64,000 nucleotides of DNA from the human T2T-CHM13v2.0 reference genome, Homo sapiens: the NCBI RefSeq assembly GCF_009914755.1, contig NC_060945.1; one strand, written 5' to 3'. The notes below the pieces were generated by a model, which saw only the letters and a list, made by a program, of their open reading frames with translations, did not search any database and had not been told where the DNA came from. Position 1 is the stretch's first letter. Every line of letters begins with the position of its first letter. Positions 13,837 to 27,079 of this stretch are shown here, piece after piece. The translations under genes were made by a program, and so were the position numbers.

Positions 13837-15074
13837 CATGCAGTCTTTACTAAGTCATATTGTTTGAGAAACTGTATTTTATTCAAAAGAAAGATTTTCA
13901 TTGGTTTTAAATATTTAAATTATCATTTTGATCAAATGAAAGATTATTTTATAGTGACCTGTGATTCTATTTTGTGATATCAAGTGTGATATTTGAAAAA
14001 CATCGACAAACTTTCCACAAGCAAACTTTCAAGTTCTAATTTCAGTATTTTTGACCTCAAACTAAATTTTTCTGGATATTGGGTCCCCTGAAGTCCAAGA
14101 GAGACATATTAAGCTTATTTGGTATATTAAAAACATAAAAAACATCATCAAATATAGTGTTTAAATTTATTTAAATTATATTTACATAAATGTTAATAGT
14201 ATATATTCCAAAATTATATGAGATTAGTAAAATTCTAATATGTCATATATGTTGTCAGAAATGATTATAATTATATTAAATAATTATATGCCTAAAAATA
14301 ACCAAATTTCCTTGTCAACAGTTTCTTTAACTATGGCTGTCCTAAGACTTTTGCCAGTAAAAATCTGTTTACTTTTATAACAAAACACACATAGAGGAAC
14401 TTTTTATTTTGCCAGGGCTTTGGCTGACATGATATATTTTCACATGTAAGAATACTGATTTGAAAAATTAATATTTATTTTATAGAGCCAATGAAAACTC
14501 ATAAGGAGGAATAGCCTTGTATCTTATCTGTGCAGTTCCTTAGTAGGGTTCCTGGTCTGTGATAAGTAGACAGTATCACTTTCTGAACAGGCCTAGGAGT
14601 CTCAAGTTGTTGTGAGGCCTGAATAAAAAAGAAGTTCACACAGTTCATGTACATAATCTGCAGGTGCGGGTGAATCCTTGGTTGGGCTGGAGAGGCCTTT
14701 AGAGGTCAAGTCTGAGATTCCTTGTGAGAGGTTTCATCAAAGCCAATTTAGGAAAGCCTCTATGGACAATGATTCTTGCTATACTTTGTGTGGGTAATTA
14801 GGCCTGGTATAGTGAGACTAAAGCTTATTTTATAGGTAGGTTAGTTCTGCTACAATTTGTCCTTGAGAAAAGTAGGGGATCAGAAAAAAAATTGTGTTTC
14901 AGAAAAGAAACTATAATATTAAATTAACCTTTAATTATTTGGGGGGACATGTGGTCATTCATGGTATGGAGATGCCCAAAACACCCCTCCTCAACATGAA
15001 ACAGCCAAAAAATAAAAAAAATCAACGACTAGATTCCCGTGATTGAGGAATTAGTAATTAGAAAGTGGAGGGAC

Positions 15075-15564
15075 TGAAACAAGCCCAGTTGTTCCATGTA
15101 ACTAATGTTCATAGTTTCTTCTAAGTAACATAGAAATTGACCCTGTCAGTCTTAAAATTTGAGAAAGTTACATTTGTATTATCTGAATTCCTACCTCAGG
15201 GAATCATCAGCCCTCCCAGGTAGTATCACAGAACTAAAATTTACTGGATCACCGCTTCCAGACAATGAGAGGCCAAACCCCTTATCCGTCCTGATTACCT
15301 GACCAACTACCTGCTTCCTGTTGACCAATTCTTCTTTTCCCCTCTCTAATTCCTGTTGTTTTACACGTGGTAACATTTCCTTCCTGCTGTATGAAGCCCT
15401 AATTTTAGTGGGTTGAGGAGATGAATTTGAGACTAATCTCCCATCTCACTGGCTGCTACACACAAATTAAGTCTTCTTCCCTGGTGATACTCATTGTTCC
15501 AGTGAGTGGCTTTCTGTGCAGCAAGTAACAGGATGTAGGCCACACTCCTGGTTTATCATTTACA
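15075..15564 (+). mobile_element. ERV1 3' LTR (MER4 group, subfamily uncertain)
   Basis: TGAAACAAGCCC...TTTACA, 490 bp, directly after the polypurine tract. Confidence 0.75.
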
Positions 15565-15569
15565 GTGTC

Positions 15570-15748
15570 CATGATCTGGAAGGAGGAAGAATAGGGAGAT
15601 AGCATTTAATGGGTATAGAATTTCACTTGCAGAAGATGAAACAGTTCTGAAGATGTTGGTAATGGTTGCATAACTGTGAATAATATACTTTATTATACAA
15701 TTGTAAATTGTTAAAATGGTTAATTTATGTTATGTATGTTCAGCCACA
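15570..15748 (+). mobile_element. L1MB-type 3' end
   Basis: TTTAATGGGTATAGAATTTCACTTGCAGAAGATGAAACAGTTCTG...AAAATGGTTAATTTATGTTATGTATG. Confidence 0.75.
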
Positions 15749-15769
15749 TACACACAATGGCTTTTCTTT

Positions 15770-16356
15770 GCTCTGCAATTAAGTTCCAAACTCCTTTGGA
15801 CATTCAACATTCATATATTATCTGTTCCCTGCCTACTTCTCTAAGGTAACTTCACAATTCTGTGTTTCTTTCTTTCTTTTTTTAATTTGATTCTCTTTGT
15901 TTTTGGTTCTGTGGGGTTTTTTGTCTCATAACCTTGAAATTGCAATTTTTTTAACCCTCTAAAGGCCCCATTTTCCTGGGTCTTCTTTTAGTTGACTAAT
16001 TATCAACCTTTTAGCCTCAGCTATAATATCATTTACACAGGCAGACTATGCTAATTAACAGCCTCTCACAGGTTCATACATAGACCATTCTTCCACCTCT
16101 CTCTCTCTCTGTCACAGACACACACATCAGTATATGTGTCCACTACAGTATATATCCTAGTATATATCCACTACAGTGTTTATCACAATACAAACCAGTT
16201 TTCACTTATTTGTCTTTTACTGATTTTTTTTCTTTATTTAATTGAATATAGTATCATTAAGCCCTGGAACATTGTTTCTCTCATTTAATGGAATATCCTT
16301 ACACTGAAAACTAGACTATCACCTAAGTATATTTCAGAAAATATATGTTAAGTTAC
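15770..16356 (+). mobile_element. L2 3' fragments
   Basis: Weak L2 motifs (AAGTTCCAAACTCCTT, TCAGCTATAATATCATTT, CAGAAAATATATGTTAAGT). Confidence 0.4.
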
Positions 16357-16689
16357 TGACAGCATCATTTGCTACAGGTTTTTATTATACATCATATCCA
16401 CATTAGTTTGTTTTAGCAAAGTCTTTAACATGATCATTTCTCTGTTCTTAAAACAGAAAGATAATTAACTCATGTTTTAAATGGACAAATTTGGCAGTTC
16501 TGATATCAGAATTATGGTCACAACTAATGTGCCTCAGGGATCATGTGCATTTTGTAAATCTATGCGTATATAGATGAAGACAACAATAAGAACTGAACAG
16601 TGGAGAATTAAAGAGAAAATAATTTATATGAAGGTATTTCTTGCTATTAAAAGTACTCTGCTCACCAAGTAAAACAGGTCTAGATATAT

Positions 16690-17540
16690 ACAAATGGCAA
16701 AAATCACAGTGGAAAAATAAACATATTTCAAAATTTTTTCAAGCATGTCAACAAAATTTATTTTAAATACATAATATATAGAAAATACATAAAACATGAA
16801 GGTTTTTTAAATACATGGCATTTGCCAAATTTGTACTAATTTTACCAACATAACTACTAAGATATCAAATATAAAAATAAAAATGATTACAGCAACTTAT
16901 TTTATTTTCACAAACAGCACTTGGATATTACAGTATGTTGTCATTTTTAAAAAATATTGTTATATGATAGCTATCTTATGAGTGAGTTTTTAATGAATCA
17001 ATTAGTCAAATTTAAAATAATGTTAAATTATTTGAGCAGTGGGCCATTTCTTCATCTTAGAAAGTTCTCCATCATTTTTCTGTAATACTTCTCAACTCAT
17101 TTCTGTTCTAAAAATATTTCAAGAGAAATAAAATTTTGCCTGTTTATTCTACTAAATTACTGGTTTATGAAGTTTCTTCCAACCGCTTGTGATCAAACTC
17201 CACTAAATGCTAAAAATGTAATTTTAACACTGTGTCTTTTATAGATATTCAGTATGATAATGTCTCTTTAAGAAAATGTGTTCTGATTTTACTTCTTGCG
17301 GGAAAAAAAACTCTTCGTAATTCCTTGTTATCGATCTATGTAAGATTTATAAAGCAGCTGTCTATCACGTCTGGCAGACCAGATAAAGGCTTAAATATCT
17401 TTTCTGCTGATATATTAAAGACTCAAGGAGTGATGAAGATTCATTGAGATTCTAATGAATACTGTGATTTTTTTAAGAGAATAATGCAAACTCATAACTA
17501 ATAAGACTTGTGAACATCTACGTCCTCAATTTTAAAAAGT
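16690..17540 (-). mobile_element. Possible ancient hAT/Charlie transposase remnant
   Basis: Minus-strand fragments across shifted frames loosely resemble EIFLEQK..KDEEW..LAY..DIF..MN of Charlie-type transposases; no TIRs identified. Confidence 0.3.
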
Positions 17541-18754
17541 ATAATATTTTAAAAATGGATAGCATGGTAAAAGAATAGTTTCTATCTTTAGCGCATCACT
17601 CAGTAAACATGAAGATATGTTAGAAAATAAGAAGAATATGAAATGAAGATTTCACAGTAAATATTACATTTAGAAATCTATATATATTCACACCTATATA
17701 TATATTACCCTAAAATCACATTATGAAATGTCACAGCTGGTATTTTATAATTTAGAAATGTAAGCCGTAGACCATCAATCAGAAGGCTCAAAATCACACA
17801 AAGCAAATAAATATGATTTGCAGAGCAGACATGAAGAAAAATTTTGGAGAGAGAAGTTGGCTTCTACAGTGATGTAAGAGGATTTTGCTATCCAAGTTGT
17901 CTGAAGATTATTGAAATGGCATTCATGAAATCACTAAGAGTTTGTAGTATATACCTTGCCTTTAGAGAACGCCACAGAATGTCATGTCTAAGGCAAAAAT
18001 GGGAATAGTTGCTTTGGGTTCAATCTGCCCTCTCAGAGGGTTTGGGGACATAGTTGAGCCAAGAGTGTTAGAAAGTCAGCTCAGGGCCATTTGAAAGTGA
18101 GTCCTAGAGAACCACGGGGAGAGGTGAGATGACTTCAATAGTGAGAGTCTGTGAGTGAAGGATTAAGGTAATGCCAGGGATGGGTGAAACGTTCATTGAT
18201 CACGTCACAGGAATTGTCATGACAGCATAAAAATGTCTGAAGAGTGTCTCAAAAAGTTCATGAAAGTGTCAGCTTTGTACAGCTGCCAGTGCAGAGACTG
18301 TAGAGCAGCTTACACTACCATCTATCACATACTGAGAAAGAATATTCCTGCTCCTCTATTCAATTCTTCCACCATTAACACTAGCTGTGTAGCAAAATAA
18401 TACATGACTCTCTACTCATGTTAAGTGGCAAGCCCTATTCTTGATTTAGGAATTAAAAGTTTCCATTCAAAAGTGTTAATTCATATTTCAATCACGAATT
18501 CAAAAATAATACTCTTTCTCTCCAGATTGCCAGGCCATTGCCATAGAATGACAGACAAAATTATCATTTGTTGCCTCTCTCCAGCTCCTAGCTGCAGTTT
18601 GAGCCAGCTTCTAGGCAAGGCTGCAGCTGAGGGTAAATCCTAGTGAATTTTATAGCTGTGCATCTTCAGCAGCTGATAGTCTGAAAACTAAAGAGTTGAG
18701 TGTGCAGATTGTGAATAAGGGATTTGGGAAGGGCATAAAAGAGCCCACTATGCA

Positions 18755-18923
18755 AGTCATTCTCAAATGTAAGCTTGCCTTACCATCCGCTCTAGGGCAT
18801 TTAACAACATGTATTTCAGGACCGCAGAGAATGTAATTTAGTAAACCTAAGGTGTGGCAGGTAAATTTGCAATTCCAAGTAATGCAGATGCTGATAGTGT
18901 GGGTACTACATTAGAATCGCCAC
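18755..18923. mobile_element. MER5A-like hAT MITE
   Basis: ATTCTCAAA...TTTAGTAAACCTAAGGTGTGGCAGG...AATTTGCAATT...GTAATGCAGATGCTGATAGTGTGGGTACTACATT. Confidence 0.6.
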
Positions 18924-19413
18924 ACTCAGGGAGTCATAGATAAGATAAATAATTCACTCAAATTTTCACAATAAATGAGTTATATAGACCAGAATCAAAT
19001 CAAGCTTTCTAACCCAATCCCACAATTAGGTCTCTATATCTAATTACTTGCCGATGTTGTCACTTATGTATATAGTAGATTATAAATGAAGTGGATATTA
19101 GGGAAAAAATCCTGGTATATGCTGGAGGTTTTAATTTTATATATATATTTATAAAATTTCATTATAAGTTAAATTTTGATAAACTATTTTTTCACATGTA
19201 ATATAAAAATTTCCTGGCAAACACTGTACAATTATGTAATTCTAGGAGTAATTTTATTATGACATTTTACATCTGATCAGCATTTTGAAGAAAAAATTAA
19301 ATAATCTTTTCAAATCTACATAATAAATTATGTAGTTGAACATCAACTTTGGAAGTTGTTTTATTATGGCTTATTCACAAGCATTTTAATGTTTTTCCCC
19401 ATATATCTATATG

Positions 19414-19415
<2 letters not shown>

Positions 19416-19448
<33 letters not shown>
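19416..19448. repeat. (TG)16 microsatellite
   Basis: Perfect TG run. Confidence 0.97.
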
Positions 19449-19451
<3 letters not shown>

Positions 19452-20090
19452 ATATATATCGTGCTTTATTTTAACTCATAAGACTTTATATACTGGAAAT
19501 TGCTTTTTTATGAAGAGTGGTAAACTCACACGCATTAGTCATATTTGTGTACCTTCAATAGTGTATACGAAGACAGAAGCATTCTTTAATTCAAGATAAC
19601 TCAGTTGAAAATAAAGGCTGCAAAAATACAATTTTTAGAGATTAGTTCTAGAAATGAAGCATGTGCTTTGCCAAATCACATTGAACAAATTAACTTTTTA
19701 CCTTTTCTTACTGACAATTTGGACTTGATGGAGAGAATATAGTATTCCATGATTAGAGTAGAAATATTTGGAAAAATTCAAATACATTATGGAATCCTGA
19801 TCCCTCAGATGCTAAGCAACAATCATTTATTAACCCATGAATAATGGTCTTGATAGGTTTTGTAATCGTTTTGTAATTGCTTTTATTTTATTTACCAAGC
19901 TATTTAAGAGTTTTATTTCATTCAATATAGTGCATTAAATATGAATTTGACAAAAAGCAATCAAATTTTTGGGAGTGTTTTATCTTCAATAGCCACAAAA
20001 ACCTGGAAAAATGAAAAATTTATTAAGAGGATATAGGGCAGGTTTGGTCATCTGTCTACCAAACTAGAGATGACACCACATTTCAGGAAT

Positions 20091-20455
20091 GGTATTAGTC
20101 TGTTTTCATGCTGCTGATAAAGACATACCTGAGACTGGGCAATTTATAAATAAAGAGAGGTTTAATGGACTCACAGTTCCACGTGGCTGGGGAGGCCTCA
20201 CACAATGATGGCAGAAGACTAAAGGCACGTCTTACATGGCAGCAGGCAAGAGAGAATTAGAGCCAAGTGAAAAGGGAAATGCCTTAAGAAAACCATCAGA
20301 TCTTGTGAGACTTATTCACTACCACAATAACAGTATGGGGGAAAATGTCCCCATGATTCAGTTACCTCTCACCGGGTCCTTCCCATAACACATATGGTGT
20401 ATGGGAGCTACAATTCAGGATGAGATTTATGTGGGGACACAGCCAAAAAATATCA
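20091..20455 (-). mobile_element. THE1B-like solo LTR
   Basis: GTATTAGTCTGTTTTCATGCTGCTGATAAAGACATACC...GGGGACACAGCCAAAAAATATCA; 5-bp TSD GGAAT/GGAGT. Confidence 0.92.
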
Positions 20456-20770
20456 GGAGTTAAGCACAATTACTCTACAGGAAAAAATGACCCTAATATA
20501 TAATAACAGCATTAAGCTTGGGTAACCAATGCCTAACTCAGTTGGTGACCCTATGGCAATTAGATGAGAAACTTTTCCAGGATCTGAAAAGTAGATAGAC
20601 ATATTTGCTCAGGGCACTCAAAGCTACTGCCAGAAAAAATTTATTTAAAATAGTTATTTAAAATAGCATCTTTTTGATATGATTAGATTTATTAGCTTTA
20701 TGATACGTCTGACTGTTCATATCCAAATTAATGCAAGCCCTCACGGTCATCTCACTTTTTTTTAGAATAT

Positions 20771-21062
20771 TAGATACATACATACATATATACATAAACA
20801 TGATAGAGATGATAGGTAGATAGATTAGATAGATAGATACATACATACATACCTAAACATGATAGAGATGATAGGTAGGTAGATAGATACATACATACAT
20901 ACATAAATATGATAGAGATTATAGGCAGCTAGATTAGATGGATAGATACATACATAGATACATAAACATGGTAGAGATGATAGGTAGATAGATTAGATAG
21001 AAAATAGATATATAGATAGATAGATACATAAACATGATAGAGATGATAGGTAGATGATAGAT
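20771..21062. repeat. Compound (GATA)n/(CATA)n minisatellite, five 50-66 bp units
   Basis: Anchor AAACATGATAGAGATGATAGGTAG (or variant) at 20796, 20855, 20905, 20964 and 21030. Confidence 0.9.
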
Positions 21063-21149
21063 CATCATTTAGATATGAACGATAGGGCTCTCTATATATA
21101 TATTCATGTGTATGCATATGTATTTTTCATGTATACACATATTTTTTCA

Positions 21150-21390
21150 TGAAAATGCTATTTTGCTGTCTTTGAATATGGAGTAAAAGGACAGAAGCCA
21201 AGGAATACAGATGGCCTCTAGATGTGCAAGGCCAGGAAATAGATTCTCCCCTAGAGCCTCCAAAGGTAATGCAGTTTTGCCAACCCACTTCAGATTTCCA
21301 ACCTCCAGAACTGTAAGATAATAATGTTGTGCTATTATAGCCCACTTAATTTGGAGTAGCTTCTTACAGCAGCAATAGGAAACAAATGCA
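21150..21390 (+). mobile_element. MLT1D-like LTR, 3' half
   Basis: AGCCAAGGAATACAGATGGCCTCTAG...AGATTCTCCCCTAGAGCCTCC...ACAGCAGCAATAGGAAACAAATGCA. Confidence 0.85.
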
Positions 21391-22938
21391 TCCGCCCACT
21401 ACATTTTAGGGTTTCAGTGAATGGCAAATGATTGAAGTGAAAATGCAGCCTAGAGCTAAGAGGGCCACTGCCTGGCATGACTGGCTCTATGTTGTTTTTT
21501 TCCAGGATTTCTAAATGTCATTGTCCTTGAGTCAGTGTCCCAAGAATCAAAAACTCTGATTTAGTATGAATTTTAGCAAACTTTCACCCACACTCAAGTA
21601 TAAATTTAAGAAATGTATCCTGAATATTCAGAGACTTCCAATTTTGCCAAAAACTTGTTTTAGAAGACACGAGCATTTAGCTAGAGTCACAGCAGCCTTG
21701 TTGGTTTCGAGTCCAAATGGCCTCGAAGGTTATTGTCTTTACGTTGTTCATTTGGCAATTTAGCTTCTGGATATCAGGTGCCTGCCATTGCTGCAACATT
21801 TTCTAAAATAATCAGAGACATTTGCCCTGACTAAAATAGAAATTTCTCTTTTCCCTGGGAGGAATATGCATGAAAACAAAACCAAACCAACCACGTCAAC
21901 AAACCTTTCGTCTCTCACTTATGGCAGGCTACCACTTTTCTTTTATGTAAAACCTCCTTCCTCAGATCTGCTCGCTGAGATGCTAGCACCTTGACAATCC
22001 TGCCCAAGACTTAATTGTGTCTGGGACTAAATGGAATCCCTCTCCTGACATTTTATGTTTTTCAGGGCACTTGTTTCTGCTATGTTTTGTTTGAGGCTGT
22101 TCAAGTCTGATAAAGATATTTAAAATTATCATTCTTGCCTATCCTTTCACATTATTCTTAGTCCCAATAGGGATTATAATATCATGCCACAGCATAACTG
22201 GCTACATTCATAAGCTTCTACCTTCCTTTTTACTGGAAATCCACCCAGTGTTTGAAAATCATTATGAAGTTACCTTTCCAAAGCGGGCTGTTCACCATCC
22301 ATTGGAATTCAGCAAGCAAGCAGTGCTTTGGAATTCCACACTCATCTCAGCAAACCATTTCCAACAGCTTCATAACCATCTGTCAAAATGAGCTCACTAC
22401 AATTCCAGGAGTTTTAAGTGGTCTATTATGCAGGCACTCCTTGGCCTGAAATCTCAGCAAGCCCAGATGCAGTTCCTACATTAAATGGGTACAAATCAGA
22501 GTTTACAAAATGTGGAATGTGAAATGGATTGCTTATACTCTTTAATTTTTTAAAATTTCTGTTCCTCAATTTAATCTTGGATCTAAAGTAAACATTTTTC
22601 CAAGCTGATGGTAAATTCAAAGAGTCTTTCTAGAGGCTGTCTGTGCCTGGGTTGAGTCTAGGTTAATAAACTAAAATGGAATGTGAATTCTTCTCCCAAA
22701 AGAGTTCTTCATATCTCTAAAGGTTGGGTTTTCATATCAAAATAAAATGGTTTAACAAAATCTTAATATATGAAATCTGTAATATTTCTCAACATCTGTC
22801 ATTAAAACTTTCATCCTTAACTTGGTTTTTTCTGATAAGGAAAGGGCTTGTACACAAACATAGCATTACATTCCTTGAACACTTTGACACTTAAGATTTT
22901 ACTTAAAGTTATCTGTTTTGGATGACAAAGTTAGTTTT

Positions 22939-23245
22939 TTTGTTGTTTGTTTGTTTGTTTTTTAAGACAGAATCTTGCTCTATTGCTCAGGCTGGAGTGT
23001 AGTGGCATGAGCGCAGTTCACTGCAACCTCTGCCTCCTGGGTTCAAGCAATTCTTCTGCCTCAGCCTCCCAGTAGCTGGGATTTACAGGCATGCACCACC
23101 ACGCCTGGCTAATTTTTGTATTTTTTTTGTAGAGATGGGGTTTCACCATGTTGTCCAGGCTGGTCTTGAACTCCTGACCTTGTGATCCACCCGCCTTGGC
23201 CTCCCAAAGTGCTGGGATTACAGGCATGAGCCACCATGCCCAGCC
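22939..23245 (-). mobile_element. AluS
   Basis: Full antisense dimer; TSD core CAAAGTTAGTTTT (22926/23248). Confidence 0.95.
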
Positions 23246-23337
23246 GTCAAAGTTAGTTTTATACATTAATAAGCTTAAGACTTGTTACTATTTCATTTAT
23301 ATACCACATCAACAAAATTTTCTCCTTTTACTGTTTA

Positions 23338-23769
23338 TGTCTTAGTCCATTTTTGTTGTTTGTAACAGAATACCTGAAACTGGGTAATTTATAGAGAAAA
23401 CAAATTTATTTCTTTCAGTTATGAAGGCTGAGAAGTCCAAAGTTAAGGGGCCGCATGGGGTGAGAAGCTCCTTGGTGGTGGGGGCTTGGTAGAGTCCCAA
23501 GTCAGTGCAGGTCACCACGTGATGAGGCAGCTGAGCAAGCTGGCTCAGGTTTATCTACCTCTTTCTATGAAACCACCAGTCCCACTCTTGTGATATCCCA
23601 TTAATTCAGGATTCCATTACTCTATTAACTCAGAAATTTATTAATCTGTTCATGAGGGCAGAGCCCTCATGACTCAATCAGCTCTTAAAAGCCCCACCTC
23701 TCATTAATGCTATATTGAGATCAAATTTCAATTTTAGCTTCAGAAGAGACAAACATCCAAACCACAGCA
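23338..23769 (-). mobile_element. MSTB-type solo LTR (MSTB2-like)
   Basis: TGTCTTAGTCCATTTTTG...CATGAGGGCAGAGCCCTCATGAC...CAAACCACAGCA. Confidence 0.88.
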
Positions 23770-25056
23770 CCTTACAAGGATCAAATAAACTGAAACTTAA
23801 CCACTATGGCATGTAATACATACCTTGTTTCCTCTTTATCTTCTTCCCTACTAGGAAATGTCTCCCAGCCTTCACCTTTTTGCTTCCACTTGTGATGTGT
23901 ATGCATGCCTTTCAGGCTGATGAACTAAATCAAAAATGACGTTGACTTTAAAGTGTATGTAAAAGCCTGTCATTCTCACTCTGCCTTTTCTCTCTCTTCC
24001 TTCTCAGTGATTCTACTTCCCAAAATAAAATTTTGCCTCAGGCTCTGTTTTGTAGGAACCAATGCCAAGATGTAGGGTTGTGAAGTTAATTTCCCGATGT
24101 GTTACATTTTACAAAAAAGGAAAAAATTACCATCGCACGGCATGTAATAATATCCAAATTTAACTACCTTATTGGTCCTTACTTTGAGAATTATAAGACC
24201 TTAATGTGTTCCACCCCACTTCCCCACCTAAAAAGAAGTCTCCCTGCTATCATTGAGTGTCACTGGTAGGGGGATGTGTGAGGATGTGTTTGTCCTGCTT
24301 TTCCTCCAGTGTTGCAGGTACTGGGCTTTTCTGTTACCGTTATTTTCCTGGGCCATTGATTGATACTATTAACATGTCAGATGCAGCTCCTCTGATCCAT
24401 GCTTATGTGAAAAAACACCCTTCAAAGGGTTCTCTCTAGTTTCTCCCTCTACCACTATTTATAATTGTTGTGTATGAGGTATCCTACATATTATTTTTGG
24501 ACAGAACCGCTAAATAATATGTCTTTAACAAGATTAAAGTGCATTTCTGTCTTATGTTTACAAATGAAATCTAGTCCAGATTGGAAGGACAGCTTCAAGA
24601 CAGCTTGAAAACAGCTTCAAATCACCTGAAGCCTGGACCCTTCTATTTCCAGGCTCTTCTACCCTCATGCTCACCATTAATGGTTTCATCTCAGAGCCAA
24701 AGTTGGCTGCGTGAGTTTCACCCATCAGAAACCATTCCAAACAGCAGAAAAGGGAAAGGCCTGAGAAAAGGTACCATAATTTTAATTTTTCTGTAGTAAA
24801 TATTAACTTGTCTTCGACTCTATGTGACTCTGGTGGATCCTGTATTTTCTGGAAGGCCTATTGTCTACATTTGGGGTTCTGGTCTGAGAGGAGAAGAATG
24901 ATGGCATGACACCCACATCAGAATCTAAGTTTCCTGTTTCCTCTCTCATTCGCTCTTTGGTTAGAATTTTCTTTCCCATATCTTGTCTGGTATAGGAAAA
25001 GGGCAGCAGAAGAATGGTGGCAGCTAAGATGGGTGTAGAAAAAAGAAAAAAAAAGC

Positions 25057-25057
<1 letters not shown>

Positions 25058-25088
<31 letters not shown>

Positions 25089-25248
25089 ATATACATATAT
25101 ATATATGTTATATACATATATATATGTTATATACATATATATATCTTATATGTAGATATATATAAGATATATATGTGTATATGTTATATATAAGATATAT
25201 ATAATATGTATATATCATATATATACACACACACACATATATATACAT
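25058..25248. repeat. (TA)n tract with (TA)nTGTTATATACA subunits
   Basis: About 14 perfect TA repeats, then three TGTTATATACA units and further TA-rich sequence. Confidence 0.95.
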
Positions 25249-26535
25249 CTAATTCAGCAATTATTCCTTAGGACAATTATTTGATCATACTCTGGAACCA
25301 CAGCTTTGGGGAAAAGCTAAGATACTGATAAAATTATTTTATGACTCTAGCTTGTGCCATTGACATGCTTAGATTTAGTATGTGCAGAATGTTCAGACAA
25401 AGATGTTTTAGATATGTTAAGATGAGGCAACTAGGCATGTCAATGTTAAGTGAAACAGATGGACTTATTTGCTACCACATGTGTGTGTGTGTATGTGTGT
25501 GTATACATACATAATTTGTAACTTTATTGAGGTGGTGCTGAGTAAATATAATCAAGTTTAGGCAAAATTTATAAGCTTTCTAAGACCTCCAGATAAAGAC
25601 TTATCAACCCCAAGGTAATCACATATGTAATTTACTGTTACTTAACAAGGAGTGCATTTATTTTTTAATGTTCACGTACGTGTCTGAGCATCACTTTCTA
25701 GAAATTCTGTTTAGTAGCACAGTGTGTAATTTTAAATATAAGCTTGTTATTATTTTTAGTTGGGAGAGATTAGGAGACAAATTTCCTCTAAGATTCCTTT
25801 AAAACAGCCAAGAAGTTAACTCTTACAACTCTCACAAATTTCAAAATACTATCATCGTAAAACATTAATTTTGCAATCTAGAAACATGGTCTTACCATTC
25901 AAAGAAATCTGAAAGATGAATTATCTCATTCAAATACTATGTACTAGGAGAAATGAAAATGATGAGAAACACATCATCAATTCTCTCAAACACTGTTGAA
26001 CAGATATGTGCCTAGTCTTGTGTTATTTTGGAACTACAAAGCTGAAGAGTATGTGATGCTTTCCCTTAATAAGTTCATACAATTTTAAGAGAAAAATTTA
26101 GAAGTATGTCATATCCTTGAAATGAACACAGTATTCTTTTTATCTCATAATACTGTTTGAAGAAAATATTTTTCTCAGTTAGCAATTAGTCTTATTGAAG
26201 ACAAGTTAACTTTAACTGTTAGCATATACTCTTTTTAGTTGGTAAATATTTTATTCATAAATTCCTACTAATATCACTCCCTACACTTTTTTCATTCTGA
26301 TTAAATTAAATCAAATATGTTTACTTTATAAAATAACTATATTGAAAACATTTGTTTATACCATATTGGAGATTTGTGCTATTTGACAGAGGAGAAGAGT
26401 TTCAAGGGAAGTTTCAAAAGTTATCTTCTTTTATGGTTGCTTGTTAATGAGTAACATAATTTCCTAGTCTACGGCTTTGATTTTAATACACACGTAACTT
26501 GCCTGTCATAATAGGGCACAATGTGTGCTTCTCAG

Positions 26536-26894
26536 GGATATGGTTTGGCTCTGTGTCCTCACCCAAATCTCACATTGAGTTGTAATAATCCCTATGTTGT
26601 TAAGGGCGGGACCAGGTAGAGATCACTGAATCACTGGGGCAGTTTCCCCCATACTGTTCTAGTGATTGTAAGTGAGTTCTCAGGAAGTCTGATGGTCTTA
26701 TAAGGGGCTTCCTCCTTTGCTCAGTCTTCATTCTCTCTCCTGCCACCCTGTGATGAGGTGCCTTCTGCCATGATTGTAAGTTTCCTGAGACCTCCCCAGC
26801 AACGCGGAACTGTGAGTCAATCGAACTTCTTTTCCTTACAAATTCCCCAGTCTCAGGTATGTCTTTATTAGCAGCATGAGAACAGACTAATACA
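26536..26894 (+). mobile_element. THE1C/D-like solo LTR
   Basis: GATATGGTTTGGCTCTGTGTCC...AACAGACTAATACA; perfect 5-bp TSD CTCAG. Confidence 0.93.
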
Positions 26895-27079
26895 CTCAGT
26901 ATTAGTGGAAAAGGAACAAAATAACTTAAAATCTGTTTTAAAAATGAATTAATTCAAATGTGACTTTTGTTATGTATAATTTTGTGTAGAATATAGGTAG
27001 AAGTTTGCATATACCACTAAATATGATTTAAGATAAATAAATGTTAAAAAACACAATGAGCCAATTTTATTCAACTTAA

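Noticed and set aside
20771-21062. Repeat-spacer pattern superficially like a CRISPR array
   Set aside because: The spacers are GATA/CATA microsatellite, there are no cas genes, and the context is eukaryotic.
23338-23769. Pairing with 30692-31109 as the two LTRs of one MST provirus
   Set aside because: The intervening DNA is not MaLR internal sequence and the second LTR is nested in an L1; these are independent solo LTRs.
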